Both the position numbers and the translations under genes were made by a program. The notes below the pieces were generated by a model. It ran no database searches. It saw only the letters and a program-made list of their open reading frames with translations, and had not been told where the DNA came from. From the NCBI GenBank assembly GCA_965645245.1, contig OZ287078.1:1426001-1490000 (forward strand): a DNA stretch of 64,000 nucleotides, read 5' to 3'. Source of the stretch: Massalongia carnosa (lineage: Eukaryota). How positions within the stretch are numbered: the stretch's first letter is position 1; each line of letters starts with the position of its first letter. Of this stretch, positions 12,951-25,230 are shown in pieces.

Positions 12951-14835
12951 ATGGACGCTTTGTTGAGGCAATCGCGCTCCATGTGTCCATTCCTGAACTC
13001 TACATCCCCAAAGACCCTCCGTTCTCTCTCCACCGCCACCCGTCGTATCTCTCCGGGAGGAGGGACGATCTCCAACCTTCAGGTGATTGCTCGACGATGC
13101 CCTGTCATGGGGAAGGCAATGGCGATGCAGACAGCTAAATCCAGGTCGTCCAGCCTCGGCAGTCTTTTTGGAGGAAAAAGGAGTTTTGGTGGAAAGGCGA
13201 AGATTCATACGACCAGAGCCGTACAAGCAACCGTAGATAGCGAGCCATTGAAGCACCGAAATGATGGTTGGTTCGAAAGCCTGCGACGTGGATCGATGCT
13301 GACGCGGAGTAGGTATAGCACCAGTGCTGGGAGGCTCCACCCCGCCGCTGGCGCAGAAGTCACTTGATTCGGCAACTCCTGGCCCAAAGCCTTCCGCTCC
13401 ACAAACCGCACGGTTCAATTATGAAGGTTTCTTCGCTACAGAACTGGACAAGAAGCACAAGGACAAATCGTACCGATATTTCAACAACATCAACAGACTT
13501 GCACAAGAATTTCCCAAGGCGCACATGTCATCACGAGACGAGCGAGTTACCGTATGGTGCTCGAACGATTACCTCGGAATGGGGCGGAACAAGCAAGTTC
13601 TCGAGTCTATGCACAAGACACTTGATACTTATGGAGCCGGAGCCGGAGGTACAAGGAATATCTCCGGCCATAACCAGCATGCTGTGGACCTTGAGTCGAC
13701 CATTGCAACGCTTCATGCGCAGGAAGCAGCCTTGGTCTTTTCCTCCTGTTATGTCGCGAACGATGCAACTCTTGCGACGCTGGGGAGCAAAATGCCCGGT
13801 TGCGTGATCCTCTCGGACAGCATGAATCACGCCTCTATGATTCAAGGGATACGCCACTCAGGTGCGAAGAAGATGGTGTTCCGGCATAACGATGTCGCGG
13901 ATCTGGAGTCGAAGCTTGTATCCTTGCCAAGCGACGTGCCGAAGATCATCGCCTTTGAAAGTGTCTACAGCATGTGTGGATCAATTGGACCTATCGAGGA
14001 AATCTGTGATCTGGCAGACAAGTACGGGGCCATCACTTTTCTGGATGAAGTTCATGCGGTGGGCATGTACGGACCTCATGGCGCGGGCGTTGCAGAGCAT
14101 TTGGACTACGAAGCACACCGCGCGGGAAATGCTCGCGGCACGATCATGGAACGTATTGACATCATTACGGGAACACTAGGCAAGGCGTACGGGTGCGTGG
14201 GCGGGTACATTGCTGGGTCGGCGAAGATGGTCGATACGATCCGCTCCCTTGCTCCCGGCTTCATCTTCACCACGTCTCTGCCACCGGCCACAATGGCGGG
14301 AGCAAAGACAGCCATTGAGCACCAGATGACGCATCAGGACGATAGACGTCTCCAGCAGATACACACCCGAGCGGTGAAATCGGATTTGGCGGCGAGAGGC
14401 ATTCCTGTGATCCCCAATCCCTCCCATATTGTTCCCGTGCTGGTCGGCAACGCGGAAGTAGCCAAGCAAGCCAGCGATCTGTTGCTCGAGGACTGGGGGA
14501 TTTACGTGCAGGCCATCAATTACCCCACCGTCCCTAAAGGGGAGGAACGCTTACGGATCACCCCAACCCCCGGGCATTTCCAACCATACCGGGAGCAGCT
14601 TGTTACAGCCTTGGATGCCGTCTGGTCGCAGCTGGGCATCAGGAGAACCGAGGACTGGGCGGCAGAAGGCGGGTTCGTGGGCGTAGGTGTCAAGGGTCAA
14701 GTCGCAAATCAGCAATCTCTGTGGACGGACGAGCAATTAGGCCTAGATGGGACGATTCCTGCAAGCAGCAAGGCTAGACTAAGCCGACCAGAGAACGTCA
14801 TGCGTGTTGCTGGTGTTGCTGCGACAGACGGTTAA
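12951..14835 (+). CDS. HEM1: 5-aminolevulinate synthase, mitochondrial
   Basis: Presequence with CP motifs (MCPF, RCPV). Motifs [28 protein letters not shown] and the PLP lysine in GTLGKAYG. One intron ~13267-13312. Confidence 0.97.
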
Positions 14836-16100
14836 AAAGGGTTCTTTGGTATATTTTCATGACAGAGACTGGAACTATCCAACCACCATGTCTGACAAAA
14901 ATAAATCTATACAATATGTATCAAAAGGATTCGGGATCGGAGTGACAGACGAAAACACTTTCATATCGATACTTGAATTTTACACACGCATACTTTGACA
15001 GAACCGACCCTGCATAGATGTATTTAAGAGTAATCACAGCACTTTGGGTTATCGGACATGATGTTAGCGTAAATCATGAGGCAGTTGATTAAACGACCTA
15101 TCCTCCCCCCTTCCCCCCCTTTAATGACAATGACCCCAGGAAACTTGACTCGAGCCTCAAGAAAAAACAAGGATCCTTCGCCCCTTTCACAACCCCCCCG
15201 CGTAACTTAACTTGACAAGCTCCAATTGTTCCGGCACAGCCAGTCTCAGCTATCGGAGTTCCCCCCCGCGCAAAACAACTCTCTGGCTTATCTCATCTAG
15301 TAAGTCGTTAGCAGTTCTATAGTCAGTGGTAGGAAATTGGTAGGTGGGTGAAACAGATGATGGGATTAGTTAGGATATGATGGAGTGATACAAGAGTCCT
15401 AGGTGAGTAGTTTATGTCTGTCCGAATTGCCAGAAGTGCGGTTGATCGGCGGCTAGGCGGAGGGAAATCTGGTTTACAACAATGGCAACCCGTTAAATGC
15501 CCTTTGAACCGTCAGTCTCAATTAACCCGCAAAGCTCGACGTGAACTTGATTGAACGACATTTCACAGAAAATGAAAGGCCGCGGAAACCATGGTGTTGG
15601 GAGAATGAGTTATTCACCACAATCTTTCTTTCTGAAATAAAGACACGTAAAAAACAAGGAGAGCTGGGCAAAACAATCCTGCCTGCAGTAACCGCTTCCC
15701 TCTCTGGGCTGCCGAATCTTAACAAACAATTGTCTGTGGTGTACATATTCGCTGTAATAAGCATGTTCCAACCCGTTTGGCCCCATGCTGCAGCCTTCTA
15801 GCAAACCAACTGTAATATGCTCTTCCCACTGTTCGTTACCTGTGAGCCGACTTCTTTCCTGGTGGAGGGGTGTAGATGTGATGATGTCTGCCTCAGGAAT
15901 GGGTGTGACCCCGATAAAACACACCGCATAGAAGTTGACTATAATGCGTCAAGGTTGATGCGTGGAATACATACTGCTCGATACCTTCACCGCGTTCCTC
16001 GTTTGCACACGTTTAGTGTCTACGAAGTACACAAATTTGGATGCTATGTAAATCCACGCCCTCCGCTTAATCTTTCATCCACCCGCACAATCTCTTCATT

Positions 16101-17755
16101 ATGAGCGAGAAGAAGCGTAAACGCAGCGGCCGTGCGGATGAAGAACACTCAGCTAACAGACCCGCGCTCGCCAGTCAAGATCAAGTCATCCATGTCTCTG
16201 TGATTCAAGACGATGAAGCGTGGCTTCCCGTTCTCGGTGCGTAAAGATTTCGAGCATTTCCGGCAGATTTCTCCCCTCATGCGCCAATCCATATCTCCAA
16301 TGGTTACTAATGGTTTCCAGCGATTGCCCCTGGCCTCGGTCTACCCTCCACCCTCCGTCTGAAGCCATATCGAAAATCTCGCCAAAATGCCAAGAGAAAA
16401 GCCTCAGAGATCCTGCTGCAAGCTTCCAAAAACCCCAAAGTTGACTACGTGGCGCGCGAGCAGGAAGGAAATTCTGTGGAGAAGCTTCTGAGCAGCTACA
16501 TCGGTGTCTTCGATCGGGAAACCAATAGCCTACAGATGGTTCCAGCGCGCAAGGTCACTGTTCGAGCGACACTCTGCTCGAATTCTGCCTCTGACAGTGC
16601 GAAAGAGGAAGATGATCCTTTCTTCAATGTATACTCCTCCTTCCCTCGAACCGGTTCCCGAAAAAGGCCTTAGCGAACAGCTGACCCCATCCTTCCTCCA
16701 GTCCCTTTCGGCCCGCTCCACCCTCGGTCTTGCCTTCGGAACTAAGAAAGCCCAAAAAGCCATCCGCGCCCGCACCGAGAACACCATAACGCCCGCCCAC
16801 TGCTCCACGACTACCCCCCTTGACCCCGTCGCTGCTGCTATTCTCAATGGAATGACCTCTTCGCGAATAGTGGAACAAACCCGCCAAGAGCTCCAAGCCG
16901 CCATCGCGGATGCAAAACCCGGCCCGAAACCCAACCTGCAGGCGCAGTCGCCGGTGGACGTCTACTCGCTCGAAGACCTGGTAGGGTTTGACACGTTGCG
17001 GATTCTGGCGGTGAGGGATTGGCAGGATAAAGTCCGGGCTGGGGCGGACATTGTGACGAAAAGCCGCTTTGTGAGCGGGCGAGTCAGGAAGGTGGCCGAC
17101 AGCGGGGATGTGCGGAAGCTAAAGGCGTTGAAGTATCTGCTCTTACTGGTGCAGTGGTATCATTGCTTCCGGCCGGGGCGGAAGGGGGTGAAAGCATTGC
17201 CGTCGAAGAAGGAGGTCGAGGAGGTCGTGGAAGGCGCGAGCGAGGAGATCCGGAACGGCTTCGCAAAGCGATTTGCCGAGGGAGTGTAAGTTCTTTTTCC
17301 CCCGATCTACCTTGACCTGTTCGAAACGGATATCTACGGCGCTTCAGCCTGATCTATGCAAATTATCTATCTAACTCGCTCACTTCAGTCTCTTGAACAA
17401 ATGGCACACCTCCAATCTCCAACTCCACATCTGCGCCTTGGCCCTCCTCGTCGACGACTGGGTGACAGACGTGCACGACATCGGCGCCGATCTCCGGCTC
17501 GAAATGAAAAAGTGCGTCTTTGTGTTTCCTTACGTTTGCGTCCTCTCTCACATTTCTCCACGATTTCTTCACTTTCTGACTACACCCTTCCCTCTCCCTA
17601 GGGTCAAAACCCTACACACACAACTTGGCTGCCGCATTTCAGCCCTTACAGCCGCCGACCTGCTCCGCCACTCCCTCAACAAGAAAGAGGCAGGCGCCCA
17701 TCGTATGGCGAAGTTGGCGCTGCCGTTAGAATTCCCCAAGACAGAAAGAATATAA
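16101..17755 (+). CDS. RPA49: RNA polymerase I subunit A49 (PAF53)
   Basis: MSEKKRKR start; KVDYVARE..LLSSYIGVFD; LGLAFGTKKAQKAIR; PKPNLQAQSPVDVYSLEDLV; ends MAKLALPLEFPK. About four introns. Confidence 0.85.
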
Positions 17756-18138
17756 AAAAAAGAAATTAAATAAATCTAAAAATTATTATTACAAAATATC
17801 CAATAATATACAGGAGATGATAGATAGGTAGGTATAGCAGACGGCTACTCCATTGTCCATTTTCCCCCCAACAAACCTAAAATACCATGGATGCCACGTT
17901 CGACTTTCTCTATCCTCCAACCTCACATTCCCAAGCTATATTAAGGACCCTTTAAATTTACACTTTTCCCTACTGCCATTCCCCTGATCAACTAATGCTT
18001 AATCCTGTTTGGGGGAGGATGTCGTTGAAATGAAATTAGCCGAAACGGCGATCTATCTACACACTTGACTTGGAAAGAGAAAACTAAATGCCGCCCACAT
18101 CTAATTTTCCACCCTCCTCATCTTCCCCACAAAAAACC

Positions 18139-21100
18139 CTACCCTTCCCCCCCCAATACCCCTAAACACCCCCACCCCCTAATTCCCCTCGTTTCCTCCA
18201 GCTCTACTACCCACCAAAGCGCCTGCTTAGCCCTTTCAGCCTGCCCCCTCGCTTCGTACGCCCTCGCCAGCGCAAACCATGCCTCGGAGCAGTCCCATCC
18301 GGCGCCAGACTTTGTGAGCGAGGATAGCAAACCGTAGGCACGATCGCGGCCGGAGAGCCTGGGGAGAAGAATGGAGGTAGGGAGGTTGGTTGTTAAAGAA
18401 GAGATTGAAGGAGGGGGAGTAGGGATAGTGGCGAGTATGGAGTTAGATAAAGAGAGGTAGGGAGGAGAAATCGTTGTTCCTGCAGACTGTGGCGGTGACA
18501 ATGGCTCAACATACACGTCGAGCAACATATTCGCCAAGCTAACAATAGCCCCTGGATGCTCCTGCCACCAAATGAGGGAGCTCTCAAATGTCTCTTCCGC
18601 TCCATCTCGATCCTCGAGCGCAAGACAGAGCCGTCCTTTCTCAGTTTTGACGTCGGCCCACAGCTCCGCAACGGATTTGCGGCAACCATAGTCTGGGATG
18701 GAGAAAGCCGCTGCACTGGAGGAGATGGTGGAAGCAACGGAAGCTTCAATTGCGGAGACGTGGGATGTGGCTTCGGAGAGAGCGCCTTGGGCATCGGTGG
18801 GCATATTGGCGCGACGATAGAGGGAGGCGATTAGGAGCCAGATTTTTGTGAGCAGGGACAGTGCACGGCGGGTTTGGACGTGGAGGGGGAAAGTGGGCAA
18901 GGGAGGGGAAGGTAGATAGGGCGAGAGGATTTGGGTTGGAGGATAGTTGGAACTAACTTGATTGAGGCGCGATTGAGCTGTAGGGTTTGATTGAAGGGCT
19001 TGAGTGGCTGGTGAAAAGGTTTGCGTCCCTGGATGGGCCGGGGAGATACCAGGCAAGTCGTGAGATATAGCTACACCGACTTGGCCAGAAAGGCCATCAT
19101 CCTCAAAGGATATGGAATACTCTAATGTAGCTGGTGGCGCCGCACCGTCATGGCCTTGTTGAAAGGGCACGGTATGGCTCGGCTGGGACTTACCGTTGGT
19201 AGCGGAGCCCTTTTTCAGACTGGACGGCTGACTTCGAGTCTCAGTAGGCGCACTCTTTTTAGTATTTCGTTTATGCAACCGATTTGACTCGTGATGAAGA
19301 AAACGATAAGTGTGATCTGGTTTTGTTTGAGAGCCTTGGGTTCCCTCGGAGGTGACAGAGATAGCCGGGGCAGTTGCGAAGGTATTTGGAGACCCGGAAG
19401 AATCATTGGATCCAGACCCTGCGTTTCTTCGACCAGAGCTCGTCGTAGGAGGTTTGGCTGTTGTATTTCTAGACCGGCTGAACAAACTTCCCCGAAAACT
19501 CTTGATTGTGCCGTGTCTACTGGCAGGAGGCGATTTGGAAGCTAATTCCTGTTCTCTTGGACCTAAATGCTTAGAATAATCAAATAGTCGGCCATATAAG
19601 GCTAAAAGCTGGCTAGAGGAGTTGACTGCTTCCTCTGGGCCATCTATAACCTCCGTAAGTGCAAGTTGGGTCATCTTAATTTCTAAGATGCTTTCCTTAT
19701 CAAATATGTCTAATTTAGAAATCAGAAAACGATTTTGTAAGCATCCTGCTGATGGACTTTGAATTCCAAACAGCTCCAAAGCCGCGTCGCACGACGCTAG
19801 TGCTGTTGAAAATTTCTGTTTTGCGCTCAGCAACAGAGCCAGAAGATGCCAGCTCCGTAGCAAAATCCCTCGCTTTTGAACGTCTGGAAAATTTTCAAGC
19901 ATGGTTTCATCGGTAGCGGTGGATTCTCTTCTCGTAGAATCGACTACATTATGTGCTAGGGCTCTCTTCACAACCACGATTGCCCCATCTAGGTCCCGGG
20001 TCTTTGAAAGAACTAAAGCAAGATTGTAAAGTACCTCAATATTTTCCTCATGCCATAAGCCCGGAGTTACGGCACTTCGAAGGCTCCTAATAGCTTGAGC
20101 ATATAGATTGGAGCGTGCGGAAGTTTCGTATGTTAGGCTGGCCCAGTGAGCTTGGCTAATTCCTAGTGCGGTGAAGCCAGCAACTAACGCTTCTACACGT
20201 ACTAAACGGTTTGTTGAAGTTTTGTCATCAAGCTCCTTCTGCGAAAACAGGATATCATGATGAGGCTGGAGCCACGCCTCAAGAATGATGGCAAGCTCGT
20301 TCGCTCGCTCAGCTTCTTTTCGCCGACCATACAAACACAACATATTCAACCCTGCGGCGGCAGTCAAGATAACTGTTGCATCATCGTCAAGATTCGGCTC
20401 TTCCTGACCAGACTTATGAACACGGGCTTTACCCTTGATTACAATATCAAAATAAGTGTCAAGTGCTTTCCCTGCGAGACCAAAGTCAGCAAGGGACATG
20501 TGGACTGTGAAAAGGTGCCGTAGTATTCGTGTCGAGTGGAAACTTCTCGTAGCAGCACGGTAAAGAATCTGCGCCCAAAAGTCTGTCAGCAACATATAAG
20601 CCAAGTTTAAACTAAACATGAGGGTAGTGTTGGGATTTTACATCGCACTGCACGATCAACATACAGCCAGAACTTTGCGACTTGTGTTTTCCTTCCCTCC
20701 TTCTGGATGATCTTCATCCATCCAAGTAGGCCCACAGACCACTTTCCAATTTGAGATTACTTGGTCGACCCAAGCTTCGATTTCTGGTGTAGCTTCGTTG
20801 GCTTTCGGGAAATTCAATTCATTTAGCAAGAGCTCTTCATATATTGCTTCTACCCGTCTCAACTCAGCACACTGCAACGATTTAGGTTTAGAAAAGAATT
20901 CGGTCTCATAACATGGGGATTGTTTTCCTGACGGGTCGTGTGTGGCAGACAGAGAAGGGTAGGTAGACTCGGTCTGAAGAACAATAGAGAAAGTCTCGTA
21001 ATAAGCTTGCCACACTTCTCTTCGAGGAATGTCACCCCTATCACCGGAGTCCTGTAATGTCCCAGCATTTCGATCACCTTGGGCTTCCCAGAATTCTGCC

Positions 21101-21974
21101 CAAGCACGAAAAGGTGCTAGCAGAACCGTGGGTGCTATCAATGATGAGGTAGTATGGAGTTCTTTTGGCTGATGAGCTTTCGATTTGGCGTACCGGCTTG
21201 AGAGCATGCAATGACGAGCTAGGAGACGCTGTGTCCATCTGCAATGTTCGGCCGTTCTGCCGAATGAGGACTGAGCATTTGATATATATGGTAGCAAGGA
21301 CTCGTAAGTTTGCACAGCTTCCTCGAGATTTCCAGCATTTTCTTGACATATTCCTGTGGCGAGTTATTCAATGCCCTTCGGGTAAGATGACAGTTTCAAG
21401 GACTTACCACGGAGAAAAGCACCTTTCACAACGCAAACATGAGTCCAGCCAGCCAACTCGTCACCCTTTGATGCTAGGTGATTCGAGGTTTGTACAAGAT
21501 TAGGTGGAAGCTGCGAGAGCGCTAAGCTGGGCTTATTTATCGTCCAATGAAGCCAAGCGAGGCAGACTTCTGCATGAAAAGTATCTTCCTCGGTAGGATT
21601 ACCATGTTGCAGTGCCGTTACGAGCTCATGAACTCTTTGACCATATTCCAAAGGGGTGAGAGATGGGGAAGTCAAGGGACGCTTAGAAAATTGGGTAGAA
21701 AGCATGTAATCGGTGGCTACCGTGATGTGTAGACCTAATGTGCCTCCAGTTCAGCCATGACCATTGCATTCACATTGGAGAAGCCACGTACACTGTCGTT
21801 GGGGTACATGCTTTGCAACTTTGAGTCGCAAGCACGACACCTCCTCCCAGTTTCCAGCGCAACGAGCTTCATCTAGAAGATACAAATAACGCCTGGCCTT
21901 GTCTGGATCCTTGAGCTGGAGTTTTTATTAGCAATTTGGAGGATGTTCCACTGGGTCTTACTGACACTCAACAT
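18139..21974 (-). CDS. YPP1: TPR/helical-repeat cargo-transport protein, Ypp1/TTC7-like (filamentation protein Rhf1 type)
   Basis: N-terminus KARRYLYLLDEARCAGNWEEV; ILYRAATRSFHSTRILRHLF; WHLLALLLSA; C-terminus RDRAYGLLSSLTKSGAGWDCSEAWFALARAYE. Several introns join ORFs 21364..21705, 20656..21315 and 18139..20619. Confidence 0.8.
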
Positions 21975-22316
21975 GTTTCCTGGACGAGAGAGATAAACCC
22001 CTTATCTATTGAGCATCTTCCTACGTATCAGAATTCCATATAGGTCATTTTGCTTCTATCAACCCAAGAGCCATTAATATGCAGAGACTCAAAGGAGTGA
22101 GGACTTTATTAAAGTATTGTGGTCCCATCCCATGTGGTACTCGTGGAGTAACTTAAGCGTTCGGTATATTGTCGTACGGATACATTAACTAGCGTTGTAC
22201 TGTATACGCAGCCGAACAATATTGCATCGTCACACATTCCTGAATATCAATTTATAGTTTCCTTATTGGGGATCTAGAATGGACATTCGCTGACGTTGTC
22301 CGTTATACTTATCTCG

Positions 22317-24812
22317 ATGGCATCTCATTTTTTATCACCCCAGTTAATCACCCTTCGCGTAATTACTCAGCGCATCGCGGCGACGTCGACATGGCAGCTG
22401 ACGCACGTCGCACCATATCTGGCCGGTATGGTGATAAGTTGTGAGGTTTTATTTCGAAATGCGGAACGTCAAGGAAACTCGCAAGCTGAATCGGAAACGA
22501 TCCTTCTCCTACACAAGTTCAAAACTCAAATCTCGACTCTTTTATATGACAAAACCCCTGAGGGAAGATGGGCGGCAATCCTCCTGATCAAAGCGACAAC
22601 AGAAATAGGCGGTTGGGAAGTTTTGCGTGCGTCTGGGTTGTGGGTTCGAGGCTTGCTTGCCATCCTTGGAAGAGGTGATCCAGAAAGTATTAAGGAGCTC
22701 TGCATTATTACCCTGACGAGAATATTCCTTCTCACGCAGCATCATCAATCAATATTAAGAGAAATCACGACACCATCTTTACCTGGCTTTATCGCCTTAT
22801 GTCTCGAAATTTTAAAGGCGGATTTAACTCCTGCACAAATACAAAAACGAAAAACAAGTGGATGCCATTCTCTATGTGTGACCGCCATTTCGGCTCTTTG
22901 CGAACTGATTCCCCATCACCCGACTCTATTCCGTCCTTTCGCTTCTCAGATACGCGCGTACATTTTACCCCATATTGCTGCCACATGCCCGGAGCTCGGA
23001 GCTGACAAGACTCAATGTGTGAATTCTAAAAAGACTACGGCTTCCATAGCAGAACCTGCACAAAAACTGCTTGTTTTGCTGAGCGTATGCGCTCCAAGGA
23101 ACACTTCAGGAGACGAATGGACGAGGACCATGCATGATTTGATTCGGATTTTCCATAGAACCGCGGATTTAGTATTCAGGGCTGTATCCGAAGACTGGAA
23201 ACCATCATCAACGACATCGCAACCTGATACTTCTAATGACAAGTCATTCAACGAGGTCGTCAGTGATATGAAACAAGATTCATTTGGTTTACCAGGATGG
23301 AAAGGCATATACGCAGGAATGGATCGTCTGGACGGCATCTTACATACGCTGCAAATGTTCCTAACTACTCCAATACCGTCTGCTGTAAATGTTCCGGTAG
23401 GCTCGATTCTCGATGTCTTAACTAGGGTTCTCTCGGTTCTTCCTCCATCAAATAAGGAGAGATTCAATAACGGTATGCGGCTCAATTTGGAAATTGGTAG
23501 GGACGAACGAGAAGGTTTCTGGACCGGGCTATCACGCGTTCAAATATCGGCATTGGAAGTATATCTACTCCTAATTTCACGACTTGGCCTAAGTTCGATA
23601 GTTTTTTGCGACGGTGTTTTAGAGCAAGCCTTATTGATATTCGAAAGTGACATTGATAATGCTGATGTTCGAAAGACCGTCTATGAGCTGGTTTCAAATG
23701 TTTTGTCCTTGATTGGTTTATCGCTCAAAAAATCGAGTTCTGGACTGCTTTCGAACTGCGCAAGACGATGTTGCGAGGATGCTCTACCATCAGCAGAGTC
23801 TCCATCATCCGCTGCATATATATCTAAAGATTCATCTAAGATACCGCCTGCCAAGGGCGCATCCGCCATAAACGCCGATTCCTATTTCAAATCACTCATT
23901 ACACCGGGACGACACTCAAGCACCTCTAAGGATGTTCAGATTTCTGCTGCGAAGCTTCTACCCTTAACCATTAGCAACATCCCTCACGGTCTATTCCCTT
24001 TCGCCTTAAGAGCTCAAATTGACGGAACTGCCATCTTAACTGGTAACAAGTTAGCTATGATGGCAAGCGTGTTGAACCCTCCACAAGGACAAAAAGGCGC
24101 TCGGCAGGTCAGAAGCGTCCTGCCATTTCTTGCACGGCAGTTTCCTGATAAGCTGGAGGTTGAGGCAATGATACGACCCAGAATGCGAGTGTTACAGCGC
24201 GAAAACGATAATTTAGGATTTGTCTTATTGAATGAAGATTTGAATAATTGTCATGATAGTGATGGTGGCAACATTTACCATCAAAAAGAAACATTGACGA
24301 CCGGTGGACGAATGAAAAACGGAGAAAACCTTTATCCGTTCGAGCAGACGAATCAAAAAACACTAAATGTAACGCCGGACCACAGTAGTCTCGTTGCTGT
24401 AGTACAACAACCGCAGCCTCTCCTCAGACTGGAAACTCGACTTTCCAGCCCCTCCCAAAAACGCAATCGAGATACATCTCTTACCGAGAACAACTCCCCA
24501 GCTTCCGCGAACTCTAAACTTGAGCCATCAGCCGTGTCTGAGGACTCGTTAGCGTTGCACAGAAAGCGACAGCGCGTAGAAACCACGGACCCTATTTCCA
24601 CAAACCAAGCCATCTCACCAGATCCTGAAAATCTGCTGGCGGACCTTCAGACACCTTTGCCCATTGCAAAAGAAGCACTAAATTATTGTACTATCGCAAA
24701 GAAAGCTGCTTTCGGAGTAGAGGAAAATAATAGCGACGATAGCGAAACGTTTGTAATGCCCCACATTGATATGGAACTGGATACTGATGACGAGAGTGAG
24801 GGTGACGAGTAA
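22317..24812 (+). CDS. RIX1: Pre-rRNA-processing protein Rix1
   Basis: LHKFKTQISTLL..EGRWAAILLIKAT..GGWEVL..WVRGLL; ITLTRIF..REITTPSLPGF; acidic C-terminal tail. Divergent from the YPP1-like gene across ~340 bp. Confidence 0.88.
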   Translation: MASHFLSPQLITLRVITQRIAATSTWQLTHVAPYLAGMVISCEVLFRNAERQGNSQAESETILLLHKFKTQISTLLYDKTPEGRWAAILLIKATTEIGGWEVLRASGLWVRGLLAILGRGDPESIKELCIITLTRIFLLTQHHQSILREITTPSLPGFIALCLEILKADLTPAQIQKRKTSGCHSLCVTAISALCELIPHHPTLFRPFASQIRAYILPHIAATCPELGADKTQCVNSKKTTASIAEPAQKLLVLLSVCAPRNTSGDEWTRTMHDLIRIFHRTADLVFRAVSEDWKPSSTTSQPDTSNDKSFNEVVSDMKQDSFGLPGWKGIYAGMDRLDGILHTLQMFLTTPIPSAVNVPVGSILDVLTRVLSVLPPSNKERFNNGMRLNLEIGRDEREGFWTGLSRVQISALEVYLLLISRLGLSSIVFCDGVLEQALLIFESDIDNADVRKTVYELVSNVLSLIGLSLKKSSSGLLSNCARRCCEDALPSAESPSSAAYISKDSSKIPPAKGASAINADSYFKSLITPGRHSSTSKDVQISAAKLLPLTISNIPHGLFPFALRAQIDGTAILTGNKLAMMASVLNPPQGQKGARQVRSVLPFLARQFPDKLEVEAMIRPRMRVLQRENDNLGFVLLNEDLNNCHDSDGGNIYHQKETLTTGGRMKNGENLYPFEQTNQKTLNVTPDHSSLVAVVQQPQPLLRLETRLSSPSQKRNRDTSLTENNSPASANSKLEPSAVSEDSLALHRKRQRVETTDPISTNQAISPDPENLLADLQTPLPIAKEALNYCTIAKKAAFGVEENNSDDSETFVMPHIDMELDTDDESEGDE

Positions 24813-25230
24813 GAATGAGTGTGTTTACGAGGTTCTGATCTATTTTGATAAGATTTAGGCCCATTGATGTTGATTGGAGATATCAATTTCCCAGGTCCGG
24901 AGGAAATCCTTAATCGAAGATAAGACTCCATTTTCCTCGGGCGATCGCATCTGTTTCGCAGTAGAGTCACCATCCTCAGAGATCATCATATAATATCTTA
25001 TATCCACTCCGCACTTTTCTTGTCTCGAAAATTCTTGCAGCGGAAAGCCAGCTTGAAGCCTATTCAAACATCGCCGCTCTAACTGGCACTACCATATTTA
25101 CAATTAGATCAACTAGCTTGCGTCTCCGTAAAGCCCTAAAACTTCAAGCACTCTTACTGGATTCCATATTCTCCCACACAAAAAATATGTGGTTTAAGAC
25201 CTATAAAACGCCAACCCCCCTTCGTCACCT